From Eledone cirrhosa (Eukaryota): 64,000 nt of DNA. The stretch spans positions 133,982,001-134,046,000 of the forward strand of contig OZ024744.1 in NCBI GenBank assembly GCA_964016885.1, given 5' to 3'. A program made the position numbers and the translations under genes. Under the pieces are notes generated by a model. It had not been told where the DNA came from and searched no databases. It was given only the letters and a program-made list of their open reading frames with translations. Shown here in pieces: positions 37,741 to 50,340 of the stretch (its first letter is position 1; the number at the start of each line of letters is the position of its first letter).

Positions 37741-40700
37741 TTAAGTTGGGGCTAAGTTAAGTTGGGACTGAGTTAAGTTGGGGTTAAGTTAAGTTGGGGT
37801 TAAGTTAAGTTGGGGTTAAGTTAAGTTGGAGTTTATTTAAGTTGGGGTTAAGTTAAGTTGGGGTTAAGTTAAGTTGGGGTTGAGTTAGGTTGGGGTTGAG
37901 TTAAATTGGGGTTGAGTTAAGTTGGGGTTGAGTTAAGTTGGTGTTGAGTTAAGTTGGGGTTAAGTTAAGTTGGGGTTAAGTTAATTTGTGGTTAAGTTAA
38001 GTTGGGGTTAAGTTAAGTTGGGGTTAAGTTAAGTTGGGGTTAAGTTAAGTCGGGGTTAAGTTAAGTTGGGGTTGAGTTAAGTTGGGGTTAATTTAAGTTG
38101 GGGTTAAGTTAAGTTGGGGTTAAGTTAAGTTGGGGTTAAGTTAAGTTGGGGTTAACTTAAGTTGGGGTTAAGTTAAGTTGAGGTTAAGTTAAGTTGGGGT
38201 TAAATTAAGTTGGGGTTAAGTTAAGTTGGGGTTAAGTTAAGTTGGGGTTAAGTTAAGTTGGGGATAAGTTAAGTTGGGGATAATTTAAGTTGGGGTTAAG
38301 TTAAGTTGGGTTTAAGTTAAGTTGGGGTTAAGTTAAGTTGGGGATAAGTTAAGTTGGGGTTAAGTTAAGTTGGGGTTAAGTTAAGTTGGGGTTAATTTAA
38401 GTTGGGGCTAAGTTAAGTTGGGGCTGAGTTAAGTTGGGGTTAAGTTAAGTTGGGGTTAAGTTAAGTTGGGGTTAATTTAAGTTGGGGGTTATTTAAGTTG
38501 GGGTTACGTTAAGTTGGTGTTAAGTTAAGTTGGGGTTAATTTAAGTTGGGGTTAATTAAGTTGGGGTTAAGTTAAGTTGGGGTTAAGTTAAGTTGGGGTT
38601 AAGTTAAGTTGGGGTTAAGTTAAGTTGGGGTTAAGTTAAGTTGGGGTTAAGTTAAGTTGAGGTTAAGTTAAGTTGGGGTTAAATTAAGTTGGGGTTAAGT
38701 TAAGTTGGGGTTAAGTTAAGTTGGGGTTAAGTTAAGTTGGGGTTAAGTTAAGTTGGCTTAAGTTAAGTTGAGGTTAAGTTAAGTTGGGGTTAAATTAAGT
38801 TGGGGTTAAGTTAAGTTGGGGTTAAGTTAAGTTGGGGTTAAGTTAAGTTGGGGATAAGTTAAGTTGGGGATAATTTAAGTGGGGTTAAGTTAAGTTGGGG
38901 TTAAATTAAGTTGGGGTTAAGTTAAGTTGGGGATAAGTTAAGTTGGGGATAATTTAAGTTGGGTTTAAGTTAAGTTGGGGTTAAGTTAAGTTGGGGTTAA
39001 TTTAAGTTGGGGTTAAGTTAAGTTGGGGTCAAGTTAAGTTGGGGTTAAGTTGGGGTTAAGTTAAGTTAGGTTTAAGTTAAGTTGGGGTTAAGTTAAGTTG
39101 GGGTTAAGTTAAGTTGGGGTTAAGTTAAGTTGGGTTAAGTTAAGTTGGGGTTAAGTTAAGTTGGGGTTAATTTAAGTTGGGGTTAAGTTAAGTTGGGGTT
39201 AAGTTAAGTTGGGGTTAAGTTAAGATGGGGTTAATTTAAGTTGGGGTTAAGTTAAGTTGAGGTTAAGTTAAGTTGGGGTTAAATTAAGTTGGGGTTAAGT
39301 TAAGTTGGGGTTAAGTCAAGTTGGGGTTAAGTTAAGTTGGGGATAAGTTAAGTTGGGGATAATTTAAGTTGGGTTTAAGTTAAGTTGGGGTTAAGTTAAG
39401 TTGGGGTTAAGTTAAGTTGGGGTTAATTTAAGTTGGGGCTAAGTTAAGTTGGGACTGAGTTAAGTTGGGGTTAAGTTAAGTTGGGGTTAAGTTAAGTTGG
39501 GGTTAAGTTAAGTTGGAGTTTATTTAAGTTGGGGTTAAGTTAAGTTGGGGTTCAGTTAAGTTGGGGTTAAGTTAAGTTGGGGTTAAGATGGGGTTAAATT
39601 AAGTTGGGGTTAAGTTAAGTTGGGGTTAATTTAAGTTGGGGTTAAGTTAAGTTGGGGTTAAGTTAAGTCGGGGTTAAGTTAAGTCGGGGTTAAGTTAAGT
39701 TAGGGTTCAGTTAAGTTGGGGTTAAGTTAAGTTGGGGTTGAGTTAGGTTGGGGTTGAGTTAAATTGGGGTTGAGTTAAGTTGGGGTTGAGTTAAGTTGGT
39801 GTTGAGTTAAGTTGGGGTTAAGTTAAGTTGGGGTTAAGTTAATTTGTGGTTAAGTTAAGTTGGGGTTAAGTTAAGTTGGGGTTAAGTTAAGTTGGGGTTA
39901 AGTTAAGTCGGGGTTAAGTTAAGTTGGGGTTGAGTTAAGTTGGGGTTAATTTAAGTTGGGGTTAAGTTAAGTTGGGGCTAAGTTAAGTTGGGGTTAAGTT
40001 AAGTTGGGGTTAAGTTAAGTTGGGGTTAAGTTAAGTTGAGGTTAAGTTAAGTTGGGGTTAAATTAAGTTGGGGTTAAGTTAAGTTGGGGTTAAGTTAAGT
40101 TGGGGTTAAGTTAAGTTGGGGATAAGTTAAGTTGGGGATAATTCAAGTTGGGGTTAAGTTAAGTTGGGTTTAAGTTAAGTTGGAGTTAAGTTAAGTTGGG
40201 GATAAGTTAAGTTGGGGTTAAGTTAAGTTGGGGTTAAGTTAAGTTGGGGCTAAGTTAAGTTGGGGCTGAGTTAAGTTGGGGTTAAGTTAAGTTGGGGTTA
40301 AGTTAAGTTGGGGTTAATTTAAGTTGGGGTTTATTTAAGTTGGGGTTACGTTAAGTTGGTGTTAAGTTAAGTTGGGGTTAATTTAAGTTGGGGTTAATTA
40401 AGTTGGGGTTAAGTTAAGTTGGGGTTAAGTTAAGTTGGGGTTAAGTTAAGTTGGGGTTAAGTTAAGTTGGGGCTAAGTTAAGTTGGGGTTAAGTTAAGTT
40501 GAGGTTAAGTTAAGTTGGGGTTAAGTTAAGTTGGGGTTAAGTTAAGTTGGGGTTAAGTTAAGTTGGGGATAAGTTAAGTTGGGGATAATTTAAGTTGGGG
40601 TTAAGTTAAGTTGGGGTTAAATTAAGTTGGGGTTAAGTTAAGTTGGGGTTAAGTTAAGTTGGGGTTAAGTTAAGTTGGGGATAAGTTAAGTTGGGGATAA

Positions 40701-43700
40701 TTTAAGTTGGGTTTAAGTTAAGTTGGGGTTAAGTTAAGTTGGGGTTAAGTTAAGTTGGGGTTAATTTAAGTTGGGGCTAAGTTAAGTTGGGACTGAGTTA
40801 AGTTGGTGTTAAGTTAAGTTGGGGTTAAGTTAAGTTGGGGTTAAGTTAAGTTGGAGTTTATTTAAGTTGGGGTTAAGTTAAGTTGGGGTTCAGTTAAGTT
40901 GGGGTTAAGTTAAGTTGGGGTTAAGATGGGGTTACATTAAGTTGGGGTTAAGTTAAGTTGGGGTTAATTTAAGTTGGGGTTAAGTTAAGTTGGGGTTAAG
41001 TTAAGTCGGGGTTAAGTTAAGTCGGGGTTAAGTTAAGTTAGGGTTCAGTTAAGTTGGGGTTAAGTTAAGTTGGGGTTGAGTTAGGTTGGGGTTGAGTTAA
41101 ATTGGGGTTGAGTTAAGTTGGGGTTGAGTTAAGTTGGTGTTGAGTTAAGTTGGGGTTAAGTTAAGTTGGGGTTAAGTTAATTTGTGGTTAAGTTAAGTTG
41201 GGGTTAAGTTAAGTTGGGGTCAAGTTAAGTTGGGGTTAAGTTGGGGTTAAGTTAAGTTAGGTTTAAGTTAAGTTGGGGTTAAGTTAAGTTGGGTTTAAGT
41301 TAAGTTGGGGTTAAGTTAAGTTGGGGTTAAGTTAAGTTGGGGTTAAGTTAATTTGTGGTTAAGTTAAGTTGGGGTTAAGTTAAGTTGGGGTTAAGTTAAG
41401 TTGGGGTTAAGTTAAGTCGGGGTTAAGTTAAGTTGGGGTTAAGTTAAGTTGGGGTTAATTTAAGTTGGGGTTAAGTTAAGTTGGGGCTAAGTTAAGTTGG
41501 GACTGAGTTAAGTTGGGGTTAAGTTAAGTTGGGGTTAAGTTAAGTTGGGGTTAAGTTAAGTTGGAGTTTATTTAAGTTGGGGTTAAGTTAAGTTGGGGTT
41601 AAGTTAAGTCGGGGTTAAGTTAAATTGGGGTTGAGTTAAGTTGGGGTTGAGTTAAGTTGGTGTTGAGTTAAGTTGGGGTTAAGTTAAGTTGGGGTTAAGT
41701 TAATTTGTGGTTAAGTTAAGTTGGGGTTAAGTTAAGTTGGGGTTAAGTTAAGTTGGGGTTAAGTTAAGTCGGGGTTGAGTTAAGTTGGGGTTGAGTTAAG
41801 TTGGGGTTGAGTTAAGTTGGGGTTAAGTTAAGTTGGGGTTAAGTTAAGTCGGGGTTAAGTTAAGTTGGGGTTGAGTTAAATTGGGGTTGAGTTAAGTTGG
41901 GGTTGAGTTAAGTTGGTGTTGAGTTAAGTTGGGGTTAAGTTAAGTTGGGGTTAAGTTAATTTGTGGTTAAGTTAAGTTGGGGTTAAGTTAAGTTGGGGTT
42001 AAGTTAAGTTGGGGTTAAGTTAAGTCGGGGTTAAGTTAAGTTGGGGTTGAGTTAAGTTGGGGTTAATTTAAGTTGGGGTTAAGTTAAGTTGGGGTTAAGT
42101 TAAGTTGGGGTTAAGTTAAGTTGGGGTTAAGTTAAGTTGGGGTTAAGTTAAGTTGAGGTTAAGTTAAGTTGGGGTTAAATTAAGTTGGGGTTAAGTTAAG
42201 TTGGGGTTAAGTTAAGTTGGGGTTAAGTTAAGTTGGGGATAAGTTAAGTTGGGGATAATTTAAGTTGGGGTTAAGTTAAGTTGGGTTTAAGTTAAGTTGG
42301 GGTTAAGTTAAGTTGGGGATAAGTTAAGTTGGGGTTAAGTTAAGTTGGGGTTAAGTTAAGTTGGGGTTAAGTTAAGTTGGGGCTAAGTTAAGTTGGGGCT
42401 GAGTTAAGTTGGGGTTAAGTTAAGTTGGGGTTAAGTTAAGTTGGGGTTAATTTAAGTTGGGGTTTATTTAAGTTGGGGTTACGTTAAGTTGGTGTTAAGT
42501 TAAGTTGGGGTTAATTTAAGTTGGGGTTAATTAAGTTGGGGTTAAGTTAAGTTGGGGTTAAGTTAAGTTGGGGTTAATTTAAGTTGGGGTTGAGTTAAGT
42601 TGGGGTCAAGTTAAGTTGGGGTTATATTAAGTTGGGGTTAAGTTAAGTTGGGGTTCAGTTAAGTTGGGTATAAGTTAAGTTGGGGTTAAGTTAAGTTGGG
42701 GTTAAGTTAAGTTGGGGTTAAGTTAAGTTGGTGTTAAGTTAAGTTGGGGCTAAGTTAAGTTGGGGCTGAGTTAAGTTGGGGCTGAGTTAAGTTGGGGTTA
42801 AGTTAAGTTGGGGTCAAGTTAAGTTGGGGTTAAGTTGGGGTTAAGTTAAGTTAGGTTTAAGTTAAGATGGGGTTAAGTTAAGTTGGGGTTAAGTTAAGTT
42901 GGGGTTAAGTTAAGTCGGGGTTAAGTTAAGTTGGGGTTAAGTTAAGTTGGGGTTAATTTAAGTTGGGGTTAAGTTAAGTTGGGGTCAAGTTAAGTTGGGG
43001 TTAAGTTGGGGTTAAGTTAATTTGTGGTTAAGTTAAGTTGGGGTTAAGTTGGGGTTAAGTTAAGTTAGGTTTAAGTTAAGTTGGGGTTAAGTTAAGTTGG
43101 GGTTAAGTTAATTTGTGGTTAAGTTAAGTTGGGGTTAAGTTGGGGTTAAGTTAAGTTAGGTTTAAGTTAAGTTGGGGTCAAGTTAAGTTGGGGTTAAGTT
43201 GGGGTTAAGTTAAGTTAGGTTTAAGTTAAGTTGGGGTTAAGTTAAGTTGGGGTTAAGTTAAGTTGGGGTTAAGTTAAGTTGGGGTTAAGTTAATTTGTGG
43301 TTAAGTTAAGTTGAGGTTAAGTTAAGTTGGGGTTAAGTTAAGTTGGGGTTAAGTTAAGTCGGGGTTAAGTTAAGTTGGGGTTAAGTTAAGTTGGGGTTAA
43401 TTTAAGTTGGGGTTAAGTTAAGTTGGGGTTAAGTTAAGTTGGGGTTAAATTAAGTTGGGGTTAAGTTAAGTTGGGGTTAAGTCAAGTTGGGGTTAAGTTA
43501 AGTTGGGGATAAGTTAAGTTGGGGATAATTTAAGTTGGGGTTAAGTTAAGTTGGGTTTAAGTTAAGTTGGGGTTAAGTTAAGTTGGGGTTAAGTTAAGTT
43601 GGGGTTAAGTTAAGTTGGGGTTAAGTTAAGTTGGGGTTAAGTTAAGTTGGGGCTAAGTTAAGTTGGGGCTGAGTTAAGTTGGGGTTAAGTTAAGTTGGGC

Positions 43701-45297
43701 TTAATTTAAGTCGGGGTTAAGTTAAGTTAGGGTTCAGTTAAGTTGGGGTTAAGTTAAGTTGGGGTTAAGTTAAGTTGGGGTTAAGTTAAGTCGGGGTTAA
43801 GTTAAGTTGGGGTTAAGTTAAGTTGGGGTTAAGTTAAGTCGGGGTTAAGTTAAGTTGGGGTTAAGTTAAGTTGGGGTTAATTTAAGTTGGGGTTAAGTTA
43901 AGTTGGGGTTAAGTTAAGTTGGGGTTAAGTTAAGATGGGGTTAATTTAAGTTGGGGTTAAGTTAAGTTGAGGTTAAGTTAAGTTGGGGTTAAATTAAGTT
44001 GGGGTTAAGTTAAGTTGGGGTTAAGTCAAGTTGGGGTTAAGTTAAGTTGGGGATAAGTTAAGTTGGGGTTAAGTTAAGTTGGGGTTAAGTTAAGTTGGGG
44101 TTAATTTAAGTTGGGGCTAAGTTAAGTTGGGACTGAGTTAAGTTGGGGTTAAGTTAAGTTGGGGTTAAGTTAAGTTGGGGTTAAGTTAAGTTGGAGTTTA
44201 TTTAAGTTGGGGTTAAGTTAAGTTGGGGTTAAGTTAAGTTGGGGTTGAGTTAGGTTGGGGTTGAGTTAAATTGGGGTTGAGTTAAGTTGGGGTTGAGTTA
44301 AGTTGGTGTTGAGTTAAGTTGGGGTTAAGTTAAGTTGGGGTTAAGTTAATTTGTGGTTAAGTTAAGTTGGGGTTAAGTTAAGTTGGGGTTAAGTTAAGTT
44401 GGGGTTAAGTTAAGTCGGGGTTAAGTTAAGTTGGGGTTGAGTTAAGTTGGGGTTAATTTAAGTTGGGGTTAAGTTAAGTTGGGGTTAAGTTAAGTTGGGG
44501 TTAAGTTAAGTTGGGGTTAACTTAAGTTGGGGTTAAGTTAAGTTGAGGTTAAGTTAAGTTGGGGTTAAATTAAGTTGGGGTTAAGTTAAGTTGGGGTTAA
44601 GTTAAGTTGGGGTTAAGTTAAGTTGGGGATAAGTTAAGTTGGGGATAATTTAAGTTGGGGTTAAGTTAAGTTGGGTTTAAGTTAAGTTGGGGTTAAGTTA
44701 AGTTGGGGATAAGTTAAGTTGGGGTTAAGTTAAGTTGGGGTTAAGTTAAGTTGGGGTTAATTTAAGTTGGGGCTAAGTTAAGTTGGGGCTGAGTTAAGTT
44801 GGGGTTAAGTTAAGTTGGGGTTAAGTTAAGTTGGGGTTAATTTAAGTTGGGGGTTATTTAAGTTGGGGTTACGTTAAGTTGGTGTTAAGTTAAGTTGGGG
44901 TTAATTTAAGTTGGGGTTAATTAAGTTGGGGTTAAGTTAAGTTGGGGTTAAGTTAAGTTGGGGTTAAGTTAAGTTGGGGTTAAGTTAAGTTGGGGTTAAG
45001 TTAAGTTGGGGTTAAGTTAAGTTGAGGTTAAGTTAAGTTGGGGTTAAATTAAGTTGGGGTTAAGTTAAGTTGGGGTTAAGTTAAGTTGGGGTTAAGTTAA
45101 GTTGGGGTTAAGTTAAGTTGGCTTAAGTTAAGTTGAGGTTAAGTTAAGTTGGGGTTAAATTAAGTTGGGGTTAAGTTAAGTTGGGGTTAAGTTAAGTTGG
45201 GGTTAAGTTAAGTTGGGGATAAGTTAAGTTGGGGATAATTTAAGTGGGGTTAAGTTAAGTTGGGGTTAAATTAAGTTGGGGTTAAGTTAAGTTGGGG
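32619..45297 (+). repeat. Near-tandem duplication, period 6,365 bp (about 32619-38932 vs 38984-45297)
   Basis: Constant 6,365 offset for GGTCAAG 32665/39030, ATTCAAG 33779/40144, TTACATT 34570/40935, TTAACTTAAG 38156/44521, TTGGCTTAAG 38757/45122. Confidence 0.92.
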
Positions 45298-48200
45298 TTA
45301 AGTTAAGTTGGGGTTAAGTTAAGTTGGGGATAAGTTAAGTTGGGGATAATTTAAGTTGGGTTTAAGTTAAGTTGGGGTTAAGTTAAGTTGGGGTTAAGTT
45401 AAGTTGGGGTTAATTTAAGTTGGGGCTAAGTTAAGTTGGGACTGAGTTAAGTTGGGGTTAAGTTAAGTTGGGGTTAAGTTAAGTTGGGGTTAAGTTAAGT
45501 TGGGGTTAAGTTAAGTTGGGGTTAAGTTAAGTTGGGGTTAAGATGGGGTTAAATTAAGTTGGGGTTAAGTTAAGTTGGGGTTAAGTTAAGTTGAGGTTAA
45601 GTTAAGTTGGGGTTAAATTAAGTTGGGGTTAAGTTAAGTTGGGGTTAAGTTAAGTTGGGGCTAAGTTAAGTTGGGGTTAAGTTAAGTTGGGGTTAAGTTA
45701 AGTTGGGGTTAAGTTAAGTTGAGGTTAAGTTAAGTTGGGGTTAAATTAAGTTGGGGTTAAGTTAAGTTGGGGTTAAGTTAAGTTGGGGTTAAGTTAAGTT
45801 GGGGATAAGTTAAGTTGGGGATAATTCAAGTTGGGGTTAAGTTAAGTTGGGTTTAAGTTAAGTTGGGGTTAAGTTAAGTTGGGGTTAAGTTAAGTTGGGG
45901 CTAAGTTAAGTTGGGGCTGAGTTAAGTTGGGGTTAAGTTAAGTTGGGGTTAAGTTAAGTTGCGGTTAATTTAAGTTGGGGTTTATTTAAGTTGGGGTTAC
46001 GTTAAGTTGGTGTTAAGTTAAGTTGGGGTTAATTTAAGTTGGGGTTAATTAAGTTGGGGTTAAGTTAAGTTGGGGTTAAGTTAAGTTGGGGTTAAGTTAA
46101 GTTGGGGTTAAGTTAAGTTGGGGTTAAGTTAAGTTGGGGTTAAGTTAAGTTGAGGTTAAGTTAAGTTGGGGTTAAGTTAAGTTGGGGTTAAGTTAAGTTG
46201 GGGTTAAGTTAAGTTGGGGATAAGTTAAGTTGGGGATAATTTAAGTTGGGGTTAAGTTAAGTTGGGGTTAAATTAAGTTGGGGTTAAGTTAAGTTGGGGT
46301 TAAGTTAAGTTGGGGTTAAGTTAAGTTGGGGATAAGTTAAGTTGGGGATAATTTAAGTTGGGTTTAAGTTAAGTTGGGGTTAAGTTAAGTTGGGGTTAAG
46401 TTAAGTTGGGGTTAATTTAAGTTGGGGCTAAGTTAAGTTGGGACTGAGTTAAGTTGGTGTTAAGTTAAGTTGGGGTTAAGTTAAGTTGGGGTTAAGTTAA
46501 GTTGGAGTTTATTTAAGTTGGGGTTAAGTTAAGTTGGGGTTCAGTTAAGTTGGGGTTAAGTTAAGTTGGGGTTAAGATGGGGTTACATTAAGTTGGGGTT
46601 AAGTTAAGTTGGGGTTAATTTAAGTTGGGGTTAAGTTAAGTTGGGGTTAAGTTAAGTCGGGGTTAAGTTAAGTCGGGGTTAAGTTAAGTTAGGGTTCAGT
46701 TAAGTTGGGGTTAAGTTAAGTTGGGGTTGAGTTAGGTTGGGGTTGAGTTAAATTGGGGTTGAGTTAAGTTGGGGTTGAGTTAAGTTGGTGTTGAGTTAAG
46801 TTGGGGTTAAGTTAAGTTGGGGTTAAGTTAATTTGTGGTTAAGTTAAGTTGGGGTTAAGTTAAGTTGGGGTTAAGTTAAGTTGGGGTTAATTTAAGTTGG
46901 GGTTAAGTTAAGTTGGGGTTAAGTTAAGTTGGGGTTAAATTAAGTTGGGGTTAAGTTAAGTTGGGGTTAAGTCAAGTTGGGGTTAAGTTAAGTTGGGGAT
47001 AAGTTAAGTTGGGGATAATTTAAGTTGGGGTTAAGTTAAGTTGGGTTTAAGTTAAGTTGGGGTTAAGTTAAGTTGGGGTTAAGTTAAGTTGGGGTTAAGT
47101 TAAGTTGGGGTTAAGTTAAGTTGGGGTTAAGTTAAGTTGGGGCTAAGTTAAGTTGGGGCTGAGTTAAGTTGGGGTTAAGTTAAGTTGGGCTTAATTTAAG
47201 TCGGGGTTAAGTTAAGTTAGGGTTCAGTTAAGTTGGGGTTAAGTTAAGTTGGGGTTAAGTTAAGTTGGGGTTAAGTTAAGTCGGGGTTAAGTTAAGTTGG
47301 GGTTAAGTTAAGTTGGGGTTAAGTTAAGTCGGGGTTAAGTTAAGTTGGGGTTAAGTTAAGTTGGGGTTAATTTAAGTTGGGGTTAAGTTAAGTTGGGGTT
47401 AAGTTAAGTTGGGGTTAAGTTAAGATGGGGTTAATTTAAGTTGGGGTTAAGTTAAGTTGAGGTTAAGTTAAGTTGGGGTTAAATTAAGTTGGGGTTAAGT
47501 TAAGTTGGGGTTAAGTCAAGTTGGGGTTAAGTTAAGTTGGGGATAAGTTAAGTTGGGGTTAAGTTAAGTTGGGGTTAAGTTAAGTTGGGGTTAATTTAAG
47601 TTGGGGCTAAGTTAAGTTGGGACTGAGTTAAGTTGGGGTTAAGTTAAGTTGGGGTTAAGTTAAGTTGGGGTTAAGTTAAGTTGGAGTTTATTTAAGTTGG
47701 GGTTAAGTTAAGTTGGGGTTAAGTTAAGTTGGGGTTGAGTTAGGTTGGGGTTGAGTTAAATTGGGGTTGAGTTAAGTTGGGGTTGAGTTAAGTTGGTGTT
47801 GAGTTAAGTTGGGGTTAAGTTAAGTTGGGGTTAAGTTAATTTGTGGTTAAGTTAAGTTGGGGTTAAGTTAAGTTGGGGTTAAGTTAAGTTGGGGTTAAGT
47901 TAAGTCGGGGTTAAGTTAAGTTGGGGTTGAGTTAAGTTGGGGTTAATTTAAGTTGGGGTTAAGTTAAGTTGGGGTTAAGTTAAGTTGGGGTTAAGTTAAG
48001 TTGGGGTTAACTTAAGTTGGGGTTAAGTTAAGTTGAGGTTAAGTTAAGTTGGGGTTAAATTAAGTTGGGGTTAAGTTAAGTTGGGGTTAAGTTAAGTTGG
48101 GGTTAAGTTAAGTTGGGGATAAGTTAAGTTGGGGATAATTTAAGTTGGGGTTAAGTTAAGTTGGGTTTAAGTTAAGTTGGGGTTAAGTTAAGTTGGGGAT

Positions 48201-50340
48201 AAGTTAAGTTGGGGTTAAGTTAAGTTGGGGTTAAGTTAAGTTGGGGTTAATTTAAGTTGGGGCTAAGTTAAGTTGGGGCTGAGTTAAGTTGGGGTTAAGT
48301 TAAGTTGGGGTTAAGTTAAGTTGGGGTTAATTTAAGTTGGGGTTTATTTAAGTTGGGGTTACGTTAAGTTGGTGTTAAGTTAAGTTGGGGTTAATTTAAG
48401 TTGGGGTTAATTAAGTTGGGGTTAAGTTAAGTTGGGGTTAAGTTAAGTTGGGGTTAAGTTAAGTTGGGGTTAAGTTAAGTTGGGGTTAAGTTAAGTTGAG
48501 GTTAAGTTAAGTTGGGGTTAAATTAAGTTGGGGTTAAGTTAAGTTGGGGTTAAGTTAAGTTGGGGTTAAGTTAAGTTGGGGTTAAGTTAAGTTGGGGTTA
48601 AGTTAAGTTGAGGTTAAGTTAAGTTGGGGTTAAATTAAGTTGGGGTTAAGTTAAGTTGGGGTTAAGTTAAGTTGGGGTTAAGTTAAGTTGGGGATAAGTT
48701 AAGTTGGGGATAATTTAAGTGGGGTTAAGTTAAGTTGGGGTTAAATTAAGTTGGGGTTAAGTTAAGTTGGGGTTAAGTTAAGTTGGGGTTAAGTTAAGTT
48801 GGGGATAAGTTAAGTTGGGGATAATTTAAGTTGGGTTTAAGTTAAGTTGGGGTTAAGTTAAGTTGGGGTTAAGTTAAGTTGGGGTTAATTTAAGTTGGGG
48901 CTAAGTTAAGTTGGGACTGAGTTAAGTTGGGGTTAAGTTAAGTTGGGGTTAAGTTAAGTTGGGGTTAAGTTAAGTTGGGGTTAAGTTAAGTTGGGGTTAA
49001 GTTAAGTTGGGGTTAAGATGGGGTTAAATTAAGTTGGGGTTAAGTTAAGTTGGGGTTAAGTTAAGTTGAGGTTAAGTTAAGTTGGGGTTAAATTAAGTTG
49101 GGGTTAAGTTAAGTTGGGGTTAAGTTAAGTTGGGGCTAAGTTAAGTTGGGGTTAAGTTAAGTTGGGGTTAAGTTAAGTTGGGGTTAAGTTAAGTTGAGGT
49201 TAAGTTAAGTTGGGGTTAAATTAAGTTGGGGTTAAGTTAAGTTGGGGTTAAGTTAAGTTGGGGTTAAGTTAAGTTGGGGATAAGTTAAGTTGGGGATAAT
49301 TCAAGTTGGGGTTAAGTTAAGTTGGGTTTAAGTTAAGTTGGGGTTAAGTTAAGTTGGGGTTAAGTTAAGTTGGGGCTAAGTTAAGTTGGGGCTGAGTTAA
49401 GTTGGGGTTAAGTTAAGTTGGGGTTAAGTTAAGTTGCGGTTAATTTAAGTTGGGGTTTATTTAAGTTGGGGTTACGTTAAGTTGGTGTTAAGTTAAGTTG
49501 GGGTTAATTTAAGTTGGGGTTAATTAAGTTGGGGTTAAGTTAAGTTGGGGTTAAGTTAAGTTGGGGTTAAGTTAAGTTGGGGTTAAGTTAAGTTGGGGTT
49601 AAGTTAAGTTGGGGTTAAGTTAAGTTGAGGTTAAGTTAAGTTGGGGTTAAGTTAAGTTGGGGTTAAGTTAAGTTGGGGTTAAGTTAAGTTGGGGATAAGT
49701 TAAGTTGGGGATAATTTAAGTTGGGGTTAAGTTAAGTTGGGGTTAAATTAAGTTGGGGTTAAGTTAAGTTGGGGTTAAGTTAAGTTGGGGTTAAGTTAAG
49801 TTGGGGATAAGTTAAGTTGGGGATAATTTAAGTTGGGTTTAAGTTAAGTTGGGGTTAAGTTAAGTTGGGGTTAAGTTAAGTTGGGGTTAATTTAAGTTGG
49901 GGCTAAGTTAAGTTGGGACTGAGTTAAGTTGGTGTTAAGTTAAGTTGGGGTTAAGTTAAGTTGGGGTTAAGTTAAGTTGGAGTTTATTTAAGTTGGGGTT
50001 AAGTTAAGTTGGGGTTCAGTTAAGTTGGGGTTAAGTTAAGTTGGGGTTAAGATGGGGTTACATTAAGTTGGGGTTAAGTTAAGTTGGGGTTAATTTAAGT
50101 TGGGGTTAAGTTAAGTTGGGGTTAAGTTAAGTCGGGGTTAAGTTAAGTCGGGGTTAAGTTAAGTTAGGGTTCAGTTAAGTTGGGGTTAAGTTAAGTTGGG
50201 GTTGAGTTAGGTTGGGGTTGAGTTAAATTGGGGTTGAGTTAAGTTGGGGTTGAGTTAAGTTGGTGTTGAGTTAAGTTGGGGTTAAGTTAAGTTGGGGTTA
50301 AGTTAATTTGTGGTTAAGTTAAGTTGGGGTTAAGTTAAGT
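43380..50340 (+). repeat. Tandem duplication, period ~3,490-3,475 bp (about 43380-46870 vs 46870-50340)
   Basis: GGGCTTAATT 43700/47190 and TTAACTT 44521/48011 give offset 3,490. TTGCGG 45962/49437 and TTACATT 46586/50061 give offset 3,475. Confidence 0.85.
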